Shown here: piece by piece, positions 1 through 12,798 of the stretch
Layout: each line of letters opens with the position of its first letter
How positions within the stretch are numbered: position 1 is the first letter of the stretch
Assembly (NCBI GenBank): GCA_951406725.2
Contig: OX597839.1
Coordinates: forward strand, 38,750,001 to 38,814,000
DNA length: 64,000 nucleotides
Source of the DNA: Octopus vulgaris
Taxonomy: Eukaryota
Reading direction: 5' to 3'
The notes under the pieces: generated by a model
Told to the model about the DNA's origin: nothing
Databases searched by the model: none
Seen by the model: the letters and a program-made list of their open reading frames with translations, nothing else
Translations under genes and position numbers: made by a program

Positions 1-2
1 CA

Positions 3-62
<60 letters not shown>

Positions 63-548
63 CAACTACGCATATACGAACGCACACACTCTCCTGCTCA
101 GATTCACTTATACACACACACACACAAAGCCATACACATACACAAAGGCACTGACACACACAAACACATACACACATAAACGCACACGCAAACACATGAA
201 CACACACACACATATTCAAAGGCAATGACACTCACAAAGACACACACATAAACGCACACACAAACACATGAAAACACACACAAACACACACGCAAACACA
301 CACATACACACACAAACGCACGCATACACACACTCTGAATCGCGCTTGCACTCAGTTATCCATGCACATGGACAAATCCACTCAAACACATACGTGCGTG
401 CGTACAAATAACACACACACATACATACACCCATACACACACACACACACACACACATATACAGAATTAATCATATACATGCAAGCACTCACGCTCACAC
501 ATTCATATATACAGACACGCATTCACGATCACACACACTTAATCACAC

Positions 549-598
<50 letters not shown>

Positions 599-860
599 AT
601 TCATGTAGATGGACATGCGCACGCAAACATATGCATGCATACGCACACATAATCCACACACACACACACACTCACACATGTATATTTATATAAACACATA
701 CAACTGTAACCTTCATTTGTTAAAAAAAGGCCTCAGTCAAATGACTGAATTAGGTAAAAAGTAAAAAAAAAGTAAAGTAAAAGAAAAAACAAAAGACAAA
801 GACAGGTATATGAACAGCAAGCAAGTATATTAGTTTGACGCACGGGAAAAAGGAAAAAGT

Positions 861-896
861 CATTTATATTTCGAGCCTACGCTCTTCAGCAGAAAG
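861..896 (-). ncRNA. Minimal type I hammerhead-like motif (H1, degenerate)
   Basis: Minus strand reads CTTT CTGCTGA A GAGC-gtag-GCTC GAAA TA TA AATG. Confidence 0.45.
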
Positions 897-980
897 GAAT
901 AAGAGGAAATATATATCGCCATGATATATCGCTAGCCTCTAAACCTTTTTCTATTTTCTCTCCCTGTTTATTTCTGTGTT

Positions 981-1016
981 CTTTCTGTCGAAGAGTTTAG
1001 GTTCGAAACGTAAAAG
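981..1016 (+). ncRNA. Minimal type I hammerhead-like motif (H1)
   Basis: CTTT CTGTCGA A GAGT-ttag-GTTC GAAA CG TA AAAG; stem I is CTTT/AAAG and stem III is the palindrome ACGT. Confidence 0.5.
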
Positions 1017-1095
1017 ACTTTCTCATTTCCCGAGCATTAAACTAATACATCATTTGTTGTCTTCGTCCTTTGTTGTTTTGTAAATTCTCACCATA

Positions 1096-1134
<39 letters not shown>

Positions 1135-1162
1135 TCACAATATATATATATATATAAATAAT

Positions 1163-1860
<698 letters not shown>

Positions 1861-2379
1861 CATATATTCATAAATACACGCACACGCACAAATACGCGCA
1901 CCCACGTGTACTTTTCACGCCTATTTGCATATCAATGCCCTTATAAGCACTCCATAGGCAAACATTTGAAAAAGCAAAACGGTAAAAACCGAAATATTCT
2001 ACCTGCTTAACTTACTGATGAGAATTAATTGTGTCTTAGGGAACCTTAGATCAAGGTAACCCTAAATGGTGTTAAAACATACAGGTTTTGAACCAATGTA
2101 TTTATTTGGGGGCGTGCATGTGTGTGTGTATGTATGTATGTATGTATGTATGTATGTATGTATGTATGTATGTATGTATGTATGTATGTATGTATGTATG
2201 TATGTATGTATGTATGTATGTATGCATGTATGTGTGTATGTATGTGGCTGTGTCCGTGTGTGTAAACGTTTTCTCAACCTGGGCTGATTATCTCCCTTCT
2301 AATCATCACTCTTCTCGTTAAGAGATAATATATTGATTGCCACGTAAAGAAAAAAACAAAAACAAAACTATGGCAGTGC

Positions 2380-2695
2380 AGTTGCAGTTGTTACTGATGC
2401 TGTTGATGATGATGATGATGATGATGATGATACTGTTGCTCTTGTTGTTGATGATGATGATAATGATGGTCTTGATGATGATGATGATGATGATGATGCT
2501 TTTGTTCTTGTTCTTGTTGAAGATGATGATGATGATGATGATGAAGTTACTGTTCTTGTTGTTGCTGCTGCTGCTGATGATGATGATGGCGATACTGTTG
2601 CTCTTGTTGATGATTATGATGATCTTGATGATTATGATGATGATGATGGTCTTGATGATGATGATGATGCTTTTGTTCTTGTTCTTGTTGCTGAA

Positions 2696-2736
<41 letters not shown>

Positions 2737-2800
2737 CGATACTGTTGTTGCTGCTACTGTTGTTCTTGTTGTTGATAATGATGATGTTGATGATATTGTC
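2380..2800. repeat. (GAT)n/(GTT)n trinucleotide low-complexity array
   Basis: Direct reading of the sequence. Confidence 0.95.
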
Positions 2801-2980
2801 TTTGGTGGTTTTTTTTTATTATATTTAATATCTCTTCATTATATATTTTTATTATACATATATTTTTTTATCTATATTATATATATATACTTTTTTATTA
2901 TATTCTTTTTGATGCTGATTCAGCATGGATTTTTGTTTTTGTTGTTGCTTCTCCTCGCTTGTGTATGTGTGTATTGTAAA

Positions 2981-3012
<32 letters not shown>

Positions 3013-3043
3013 AGTGTGTAAGTATGTGTGTATTTCTATATAG

Positions 3044-3082
<39 letters not shown>

Positions 3083-3709
3083 CGTGTGTATGTGTGTGTG
3101 TGTACATATTTATGTGTGTTCGTGTTAATATATATATATATATATGTATACGTCTGTTCGTGTGTCTGTGTGTGTATGTGAGTGTGTATGTATGTGCGTG
3201 AGTGTGTGTGAACATGTGTATTTATGTATGCATATATGTGTAGATGTGTGTGTGTGTATGTGTGAGGTTGTGTACATGTGTAAGAGTGCATTTGTGTTTG
3301 TATATGTATGCGCATACGTGTGTGTATGTTTGCGTGCATGTATGCGTGTCCGCACGCGCACGTGTGTACAAGCGTGTGTGTGTGTGTGTATGTGTGTGTG
3401 TGTGTGTGTGTGTGGACAAACTGGCCCTGAGCGGGAGCATGCTGTTATAATTTCATTTGTGCAGGCTCCTTCCTCCCTTTGTTAATTGAGTTATGGCAAA
3501 GGCATGAAGCGTGCTCTCAAATCACCATTAACACATTCTTGTCTTTATTTTTTCCAAAATTCTTCAACAAAGTAACACACACACACACGCACGCATGCAT
3601 GCATGCACGCACACACGCACGTACAAGCAGATATATACGTATACAAACATGCAGGCATACTCACACACACACACACATGCATGTACACACACGCCTCCTG
3701 CACACACAT

Positions 3710-4290
3710 ACCCACCACCCACCATCATCATCACCACGATCACCACTATCATTATCATCACCATTGACACCACCACCACCACCATCAATACCACCACCAT
3801 CACCAGCATCATCACCCCCATCACCACCACCACCATCATTAATACTACCATAATCGCCATCAACACCACCACCACCACCACCACCACCACCATCATTCCC
3901 AACATCACCACTATCACCACAACCACCACCATCACCATCAATACTACCACAATCGCCAACACCACCACCACCACCACCACCATCATCATTCCCAACATCA
4001 CCACCATCACCACCACCACTATCATTCCCACCATCACCACCACCACCATCAATACTACCACAATTGCCACCAATACCACCATCATCACCACCATTACCAC
4101 TGCCATCACCCCCAGTACAATCTCCCCACCACCACAATCACCATCATTACCACCACCATTAAATCACCACCATCTCAATCATTACAATAAACACCACCTC
4201 CATCACCTCCATTACCCCCCACCCTTCATCATGACCACCGCCATCACTACCATCATACACGACCACCACCACCACCATCTCCACTGCCAC
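3710..4290. repeat. (CAC/CAT)n trinucleotide array
   Basis: Direct reading; explains the 318-aa Thr-rich pseudo-ORF. Confidence 0.95.
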
Positions 4291-4342
4291 CTTTTCCACT
4301 TTTCGATCTCAACTCCTTCACCCCTCACACACTTTCCCCTCC

Positions 4343-4377
<35 letters not shown>

Positions 4378-4622
4378 ACCCAAAACGCTCTCCACCCACT
4401 TCCACACACCTACTGCCCCCCCTCTCCCCCCTTCTTCCCTCTTTATCCCGCTCCCACCCCCACCATCCCCTTCCCATCAGCCAAAAACTGGCATCGCATT
4501 TCTTCCTTTATGGTTAATGATCTTTATATTATCACAATGTTGCGTTGTTAGGGTGCTTTTAAAACCCCTCCAGAAGCAAAATGGCCAAATGAATAGATGA
4601 GGCTAATATATATATATACACG

Positions 4623-4665
<43 letters not shown>

Positions 4666-4666
4666 G

Positions 4667-4697
<31 letters not shown>

Positions 4698-4979
4698 GGA
4701 TATAGATAGATATATATGTTAAGAAAATCAAGTGAACAACAGCATGTATACGAAATATTATTATTATTATTATAAGTAGTAGTAGTAGTGGTGGTTTTAG
4801 TAGTAGAAGCAATCTGGATGATAATGATGTGATAACATGCCCCCAGTGTACATGTACGTATGCATGTATGTATGTATATATATGTTTATATGTGTATATA
4901 TATATATTTTAAAATTCACACGCACATATAGGCATGTATGTATACACACACACACACACATATAGATATAAACCTACAA

Positions 4980-5033
<54 letters not shown>

Positions 5034-5637
5034 GCATGATGTGTGTGCGTATGTATGCATGTATTTATGTTTGTATCTATCCATCTCTCTCTTCTTCCTC
5101 TCTCAATTTTCCTCTCTCTCTATATATATATATATACATACACAGGCACACACATATATGTATACAGAAGAAGTCGACAATGGGTCCGTTGTAACTCAGA
5201 GTTTCTCACTACGTTTCTCACTCTTCAGGCGACAGAAATGACGAACAAGAGCAACTTGGTGTAAGGCTGGCTGGAGACACTGATTAGATCGATTGTCATT
5301 AATCAATAGCGGAATTCAGGTGAATAGTCTATAGTAAAACACTGACAGGAGCAATTAGTACTGGCATATAATTCTTAAGGTATTGTCCCTGCTGTAGGGG
5401 GCCAACAGAAACTACTAGGGAGAAGGAAGAGTGGAGAGGGAAGAGAGAAGAAATGGCTTGAAACCGAATGACGTATCACAAACGAACTTTCTCTGTATGG
5501 ATCTGCAGTGACTGAATAAAGTATTTTGTATGGTGACGGCAAAAAGACAACAGTTCTGATTCTTTATGCAACAATTCGCATGGTTGTGTCGGGATGTAGA
5601 GCTTCTCAGATAAACATTAAAGGTCAGGGCTGCTGAT

Positions 5638-6120
5638 ATACAAGGGTGTGATGAAAAGTTCCTGGCCTTGGATAAAAGAAAACAAAGGAGGATCAGTTAA
5701 TGATTTTGTCAACATACGTGGTCTGATTCAATAAGTATCCGGACGCACAGTGAAGCAGCTTGGCACAAATTGACCATGAACTCTATTGTGCCACGCGCAC
5801 TATGTTTTAACGTTCTCGCTCACTCCCACAGTTTACAGCAGTGCTTGGAAGGAAGGTGTGTAGCGTATGATTGTCGCACTGACCATGACAGAGAAAGTTG
5901 AGCAGAGAATCTGCATCAAATTTTGCCAAAAGCTTGGCGATACCTGCTCAGAGTCCTATGCAAAGTTTTAAAAAAGTTTTCTTCATTCTCGACACAATCA
6001 AGATTTTGTGCGACTGAAACCCGAATGTCTTTTCGGTCAGCTGAAAGAAGTTTTGGCACAAACTTGGCAGACATGCATCTCATACCCAAATCTTCAGTGA
6101 TAATGAACTAAACTGAACCA
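5638..6120 (+). mobile_element. Mariner-type DNA transposon relics with an internal inversion
   Basis: TIR-like starts tacaagggtgtgatgaaaagttcc and tacgtggtctgattcaataagtatcc. The + strand encodes MTEKVEQRICIKFCQKLGDTCSES (transposase N-terminus). The minus strand at 5965-6115 encodes ITEDLGMRCMSAKFVPKLLSADRKDIRVSVAQ (WVPxxL-type region). Confidence 0.85.
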
Positions 6121-6129
6121 CAACTACAT

Positions 6130-6445
6130 TATTTATATTATTTACATTTGACGGATATTTGTCCTCATCTTGTTTGTTGTTCACACAACGTCTCGGCTGA
6201 TATACCCTCCAGCCTTCTTCAGGTGTGTTGGGGAAATTTCGAACATGTGTTATCATTCCTAAGATATTTTTCGATGTTATTATTATTATTATTATTACTC
6301 AGGTCACTGCCTGGAATCGAACTCGGAACCTTGTAGTTAGTAGCCCGCGCTCTTAACTACTATGCCATATGCCCGTGGCGTAGTGGTTAAGAGCGCGGGC
6401 TACTAACTCCAAGATTCCGAGTTCGATTCGAGGCAGTGATCTGAA
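6130..6445 (-). mobile_element. tRNA-headed element with (AAT)n linker and hammerhead-containing 3' part, plus an inverted copy of the head
   Basis: Head ggcatatggcRtagtRgttaagagcgcgggctactaac...gagttcgattccagg at 6299-6374 (-), mirrored at 6376-6444 (+). The HHR lies downstream at 6182-6227. Confidence 0.75.
6182..6227 (-). ncRNA. Minimal type I hammerhead motif (GAAA>GAGA in this copy)
   Basis: CACAC CTGAAGA A GGCTG-gagggtatat-CAGCC GAGA CG TT GTGTG. Confidence 0.65.
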
Positions 6446-6500
6446 AAAAAAAATAAGTAATAATAATAATAACGTAATATATATATATATCATCTATCTA

Positions 6501-6588
<88 letters not shown>

Positions 6589-7199
6589 GCTACCTATATA
6601 AAACAGTGGTAATGAGATTACATTGTCTTGATCGCACGACATTGTTCGTATTAGGATAATCGATTCTAGCCTAAGCCCAATATATTTTTCAGGGGATTTA
6701 TAAATTTACACTTTGGATTTGATAAAAAAAATTGTTCTTATGGGCTTTAAGTGTAATGTAAGTTTTGTGTTATATTAAGATGTCCTATTTTCAGTTGGCA
6801 AACTGGCGATTTTGATTCTGCGCTTATAGAGTAAGCGACACGGACTGGTTTTCATTTTGTAGGATTTATTATTGTCCGACAGGAGTCTAAAGTGATTAGT
6901 GTCTTCTAATTACTACAAACACGTGTTCGTGCGCATATGTATGTGTGTGTGTGTGTGTTTGGGTTTGTTTGCAGGTATGTGGATGATGGGAGAATATTAG
7001 AGAAATAACGTGTGATTTTTTAGCAAATTTTAAATGGAGTAATTATATTATACTGACAGAAGCTTACCTTTTCTTTTATCAAGTTGGTCAGTTCGAATTC
7101 GATGTTTACGAAATTATTAATATGAGGAGACAGTTTCTTGATCTGAAGCCATAGTTTTCAGTTTGTGTGTCGATGGAGCCACTTCCGTCCAAACACACG

Positions 7200-7437
7200 T
7201 ACGTACATACATACATACATACATACATACATACATACATACATACATACATGCATACATACATACACACACACTTACATACATACATGCATACATACAT
7301 ACATGCATGCATACTTACATACATACATACATGTATATATATACATACATACATACATACATACATACATACATACATACATACATACATACATACATAC
7401 ATACATACATACATACATACATACATACATACATACA

Positions 7438-7471
<34 letters not shown>

Positions 7472-7790
7472 CATACATACATACATACAAACATACATAC
7501 ATACATACATATATACATACATACATACATACAAACATACATACATACATACATGCATACATACATACATGCATACATACATATATATATACATACATAC
7601 ATACATACATACATACATACATACATGCATACATACATATATATATACATACATACATACATACATACATACATACATACATACATACATACATACAAAC
7701 ATACATACATACATACATACATACATACATACATACATACATACATACATACATACATACATACATACATGCATATATACATACATACAT
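7200..7790. repeat. (TACA)n tetranucleotide microsatellite
   Basis: Direct reading of the sequence. Confidence 0.98.
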
Positions 7791-8142
7791 ATATTTATCC
7801 AGACTGTTAGTCTGGATACATTTATATATTCAGAAAAAGAAATCAACCAACTGTAAGCGGAACAGTAAAACTTTGCAAGATTTTTCTCAGGTTTAAAATG
7901 CGACATTCTTTTCGTTGTGTTCATTCCAAAGATGGAGTTTTGTGTCTTTGTTAGAAACCAGATCCTTCTTCAGAGGGAATGAATACATGTGAGACATATA
8001 CATACATACATACATACATACATACATACATACATACATACATACATACATACATACATACATACATACATACATACATACGTACATACATACATACGTA
8101 CGTACGTACGTGCTTACATACGTACATGAATACATACATACA

Positions 8143-8175
<33 letters not shown>

Positions 8176-8207
8176 TCATTCGAAGTTGAATGTTTAGACA
8201 CACGCAG

Positions 8208-8260
<53 letters not shown>

Positions 8261-8375
8261 AAATAAAGATAAAACTCAAACACATATCGACTACGTTTCC
8301 ATCAATTTCTTTACCGAAAGATATAACTAAAGATTTCAGATTTTGAAAGGGTAAAACTAATTGTTTTACCCTGCG

Positions 8376-8446
<71 letters not shown>

Positions 8447-8556
8447 TCAATATAAGGGTAGCAAAAAAATTTCAAGAAAAATTCAAGAAAAAGTTTCTAC
8501 AACCAGCGGTCAAGTGAGAAAATAGAAATAGTCACAGACTATATAATATATTCAAC

Positions 8557-8774
8557 AATAGTATTAAGGAATGACCCTGACAGGTCGTTCAACCCACTTG
8601 AAAAGAGCAGCTAAACTCAAACCGCAAAAATAGTAGTAATTCTGAAACTAAAGGAGAAGGGGATAAATGTTTTTATTTCTCCTTTAGTTTCAGAATGACT
8701 ACTACATTTGCGGTTTGAGTTTAGCTGCTCTTTTCAAGTGAGTCGAACGACCTGTCAGGGTCATTCCTTAATAC

Positions 8775-8778
<4 letters not shown>
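8557..8778. repeat. Fold-back inverted repeat, arms about 100 bp, within a (TA)n-flanked element (8443-8778)
   Basis: 8557-8658 is the reverse complement of 8677-8778 with few mismatches. Confidence 0.95.
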
Positions 8779-8805
<27 letters not shown>

Positions 8806-8808
<3 letters not shown>

Positions 8809-9060
8809 AATTTTTCATTCGAAGTATACGTCTCGCTTTTATCCTTCGAAACGTTTAGTAGATGAAACTTTAGCGACTGAAGAAGGGGATTTTTCGTTGT
8901 GCTTATTGTCCTGTATCTCCTTTTTTTGCTTGTCTTGTTCCTTGGTTTGTGTCTATGTTTTTCGTCTCTCTATGTGTTCGACGTCCTTTTGGTGTCCTGT
9001 ACACATATATGCGTGTATATGTACATGTAGAGGTAGGTACGTACATATATGTTTATATAT
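8806..9060 (+). mobile_element. Family-H2 (TA)n-flanked non-autonomous element carrying a rearranged hammerhead
   Basis: Homologous to 37893-38125 (-) and 51600-51790 (-); shared 3' part ...gtcctRt.c.catat. Confidence 0.7.
8828..8890 (+). ncRNA. Candidate non-circularly permuted (pseudoknotted) hammerhead ribozyme
   Basis: ACG-TC-TCGCT ttt ATCCTTC-GAAA-CGT (17-nt linker) AGCGA-CTGAAGA-AGGGGAT; all three stems pair. Confidence 0.65.
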
Positions 9061-9384
9061 ATGCATATATTTTATTAACATATATATATATATATATATA
9101 TACATACGAAAAGTGAAGAAAAACGACTTTTCTGCACATCATTTTCCGAAGCTTTTTTCAAAAGCCTCCTGCTATAGAAAAAAATTAAAGTCACGACGAT
9201 TTGTAGAGATCGAATCATTAAAGTGAAAAATAATTTATCAAAACGGTCGCTCTTCTTCACTTTTTCATATATTCACACGACTGTATCAATTATTTTGCGA
9301 TTTCTAATGCATAAATAATTATATAAAGAAAACAATAATTTCTTAACGATGGAACACGAAGTACATAGAGCTAGAAATAATCCA

Positions 9385-9545
9385 TTCTAATTTTGGAACA
9401 AGGCTTGAAGTCTGTGGGGAGTGGATTAGTCAGTTGCATCGATTCCAGTGCTTAACTGGTACTTATTTCAACGACCCCGAAAAGGATTAAAAACAAAGTC
9501 GACCTCGATGGAATTTGAACTCAGAACGTAAAGGTGGACGTGATA
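9385..9545 (-). mobile_element. SINE family S2 fragment
   Basis: Contains the S2 core aaagtcgacctcg..gaatttgaactcagaacg. Confidence 0.75.
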
Positions 9546-9566
9546 ACGATTCTGGAGAGCGATAAA

Positions 9567-9970
9567 TACTCTTTTTACTCTTTTACTTGTTTCAGTCATT
9601 TGACTGCGGCCATGCTGGAGCACCGCCTTTAGTCGAGCCCGGGACTTATTCTTTGTAAGCCCAGTACTTATTCAATCGATCTCTTTTGCCGAACCGCTAA
9701 GTGACGGGGACGTAAACACACCAGCATCGGTTGTCAAGCAATGCTAGGGGGACAAACACAGACACACAAACATATACACACACATACATATATATATACA
9801 TATATACGACAGGCTTCTTTCAGTTTCCGTCTATCAAATCCACTCACAAGGCTTTGGTCGGCCCGGGGCTATAGCAGAAGACACTTGCCCACGATGCCAC
9901 GCAGTGAGACTGAACCCGGAACCATGTGGTTGGGAAGCAAGCTACTTACCACACAGCCACACCTGCGCCT
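9567..9970 (-). mobile_element. tRNA-derived SINE, family S1 (CORE-like ttgggcaagtgtc segment, internal microsatellite, (GAGTAAAA)n tail)
   Basis: A box tggctgtgtgg and B-box-like gggttcagtc on the minus strand; more than 10 copies in the window. Confidence 0.9.
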
Positions 9971-10196
9971 ATAATAGTTTTTGTTAAGGTTACCTCCACA
10001 GACTTCCTATAAAAATTATAGGCGGCGCTGATTTGTAACGACCTTTCGTATCCGAGTACGACTAAGGTAACCAACAATGGAGATGGAAGATGAAAAGTGG
10101 GTTACGGGCGAATATATCATATTTCAAAGGTTCGTGCCCCTTCATCAGCAGCCATTCAACCCATTAACCCTTCACGAACTAATTGCTTAAAATTGC

Positions 10197-10390
10197 TCTC
10201 TTTTACTCTTTTACTTGTTTTAGTCATGTGACTGGCCATACTGGAGCACCGCCTTTAGTCGAGCACACCGACCACAGAACTTATTCTTTGTAATCGTAGT
10301 ACTTATTCTATTGGTCGCTTTTGCCGAACCGCTTGGTTACGGAGACGTAAACACACCAGCATCGGTTGTCAAGCGATGTTTGGGGGACAA
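10197..10390 (-). mobile_element. SINE S1, 3' half
   Basis: Similar to 9567-9760. Confidence 0.85.
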
Positions 10391-10474
10391 ACCTTTTTTT
10401 CCCCAACCAGTCACCATGCTCGTTCGCTAAATCCACATTTTTAAAATTCTCTCTTTGTGTATTTTCTCTTACTC

Positions 10475-10510
10475 CTTTCTGTGGAAGAGCGTAGGCTCGA
10501 AACGTAAAAG
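10475..10510 (+). ncRNA. Minimal hammerhead-like motif (H1) within element 10440-10600
   Basis: CTTT CTGTGGA A GAGC-gtag-GCTC GAAA CG TA AAAG; the element ends in (TA)n. Confidence 0.55.
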
Positions 10511-10862
10511 ACTTTCTCACTTTCCCGAGCGTCAAACTAGTACACCTGATTGTTGTTCATACACCTGTCTTCGTCTTTTGTTTTTCTGTAAATTTCAACT
10601 ATATATATATATATATACATACATGCACGTACACTCACATACACAATAGGCTGCCACAAAGCCTCTCTTCACCAAACTCACTCGGAAGGCATTTGTCGGT
10701 CCGGTGCTGTAGTAGTGTAGTGGGATTGAACCCGAAACCAGGTGGTTGGAAATAGCGAGCTTTTAAACCACACAGCTATGCCTCTCACTCTGTCTTGTTC
10801 TGTACAGAGATAGATAGATAGACAGATAGATAGATAGAGAGAGAGAGAGAAGAGAGAGATAG

Positions 10863-10949
<87 letters not shown>

Positions 10950-11002
10950 AAGAAACAGAGATAGATAGATAGATAGATAGAGAGAGAGATAGATAGATAG
11001 AT

Positions 11003-11076
<74 letters not shown>

Positions 11077-11399
11077 GTGGTGCACGTCGTCACCTCAATA
11101 TTCCTAGGCTTTAATACCTTGAAAAATGATTTTCTGAGAAAATTAAACCAAAAACGAGAAACGACGAAAGAAGCAACAAAGAATTTTGGTGAAAACTTTT
11201 GGCTTCGCATTCGAGGGATTGGCAAAAAACGGATTCCACTGACATGTACTTAACGAACTACACAGCTAAACACCTCCCCACCGTCACCCTCTCTCTCTCT
11301 CTGCGCCTGTCTCTGTCTTTGTGCGCGCGTGTGTGTGTGTGTGTGTTTGTCTCCCTTTAACTTACTTTCACTATCGATCACTATCTTTCTCTGTGAAAG

Positions 11400-11650
11400 T
11401 GTGTGTGTATATGCGTGGCTGTGTGTGTGTGTGTGAGTGTGTGTGTATGCGTGGCTGTGTGTGTGTGTGTATATGCGTGGCTGTGTGTGTGTGTGTATGC
11501 GTGGCTGTGTGTGTGTGTATGCGTGGCTGTGTGTGTGTGTGTGTATGCGTGGCTGTGTGTGTGTGTGTATGCGTGGCTGTGTGTGTGTGTGTGTATGCGT
11601 GGCTGTGTGTGTGTGTGTATATGCGTGGCTGTGTGTGTGTGTGTGTGTAG
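11400..11650. repeat. Minisatellite ATGCGTGGC(TG)n
   Basis: About 9 units of tatgcgtggc plus a variable (tg)n tract. Confidence 0.95.
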
Positions 11651-11723
11651 GTGTATGCTGTACGTATATTTCCTTTTTCTCTCCTTGATCTCGCTGTCTT
11701 ACAATCACAGTGCCGGTCCTAGC

Positions 11724-11757
<34 letters not shown>

Positions 11758-11865
11758 CTGTGTGAGTGCACGTCTCTTTGTCAGTCTTTTACACACAAAC
11801 ACATAAATATATATAAATATGCATGCACATACAGAAAGAAAACTGCACATATTTCGTTGCAACAG

Positions 11866-11899
<34 letters not shown>

Positions 11900-11913
11900 T
11901 AATAATAATAATA

Positions 11914-12471
11914 AATGCCCTGATGCAGTACCAGGCAGTGGCTCTCATGGCTTCTGATCTTAACTGATTGGAAGTGTTATCATGTACATTGTTTTGTCTT
12001 GGTATAAAAGATGGGCTACAGCAAATATTCTGCTCAATACCACAGATTTGCTTGTCAGTTGTTTGACCTTAACCAGTTGAGCATGTCCCTTAGTGGCTGA
12101 CGATATGTGCATCTCTGATCACGAGCAGAAGTAGTGGGGGAGCATCATAGCCATGTGTTGAGAGGGATTCTTTGGGGTTTGAATAGTTCACCTCTGGAAA
12201 CATGGGTGGTTCTTTCAACATCCTTAAACAACCCTTATTCAGGGACCGTTTGAGCGGGATGGGCTACTCAACCTGAAGAAAATTCTAACTGGGCCCCACC
12301 TGCAAGGTCATGTGCTGTTTATCTTGATATGAGATCACCATGTCGCGCACATATGGTTGTGATGCATGTGCCTGGTGTACCTTTATCAGACGGGTAGTCA
12401 TGATGGGTATATTGGGCTTCGTATATTTTACCCCAGTGTCACTTTGATGGCATGAACTGCTCTCTCACTCA
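11914..12471 (+). mobile_element. About 560-bp unclassified interspersed repeat inserted in (AAT)n
   Basis: Inverted copy at 15764-16305; fragments at 13765-13872 and 20110-20260; all abut (AAT)n. Strand assignment is arbitrary. Confidence 0.85.
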
Positions 12472-12517
12472 ATAATAATAATAATAATAATAATAATGAT
12501 AATAATAATAATAATAA

Positions 12518-12749
12518 TTTTCTTTACTATCCACAAGGGGCTAAACACAGAGGGGACAAACAAGGACAGTCAAAAGGATTAAGTCGATTACATCGATCCC
12601 AGTGCGTAACTGGTACTTAATTTATCGACCCCCGAAAGGATAAAAGGCAAAGTCGACCTCGGCGGAATTTGAACTCAGAACGTAACGGCAGACGAAATAC
12701 GGCTACGCATTTCGCCCGGCGTGCTAACGTTTCTGCCAGCTCGCCGCCC
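12518..12749 (-). mobile_element. tRNA-related SINE family S2 (core gtcgactttgcctttcatcctttcggggtcgataaa, Meta/MESC-like from memory)
   Basis: Full-length copy; matches 24764-24994 and 34870-35099. Confidence 0.9.
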
Positions 12750-12753
12750 TCAT

Positions 12754-12798
<45 letters not shown>

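Larger units (their letters stand above)
790..1093. mobile_element. Inverted pair of family-H1 (TA)n-anchored non-autonomous PLE-like elements, each with an HHR-like motif
   Basis: 790-910 is the reverse complement of about 960-1093. The + copy ends in ...gtaaattctcacca followed by (TA)n. Related copies lie at 10440, 38160, 38660 and 63754. Confidence 0.7.

Noticed and set aside
2015-2065. CTGATGA followed by a hairpin
   Set aside because: No GAAA in register and no stem I; only a simple hairpin ttaggg..ccctaa.
6376-6444. Possible tRNA gene
   Set aside because: A/B boxes are present, but acceptor and anticodon stems are incomplete; it is a SINE-type head.
7955-7980. Minus-strand CTGAAGAAGGAT resembling the H2 B strand
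   Set aside because: Partner strands are absent, so it cannot be distinguished from chance.
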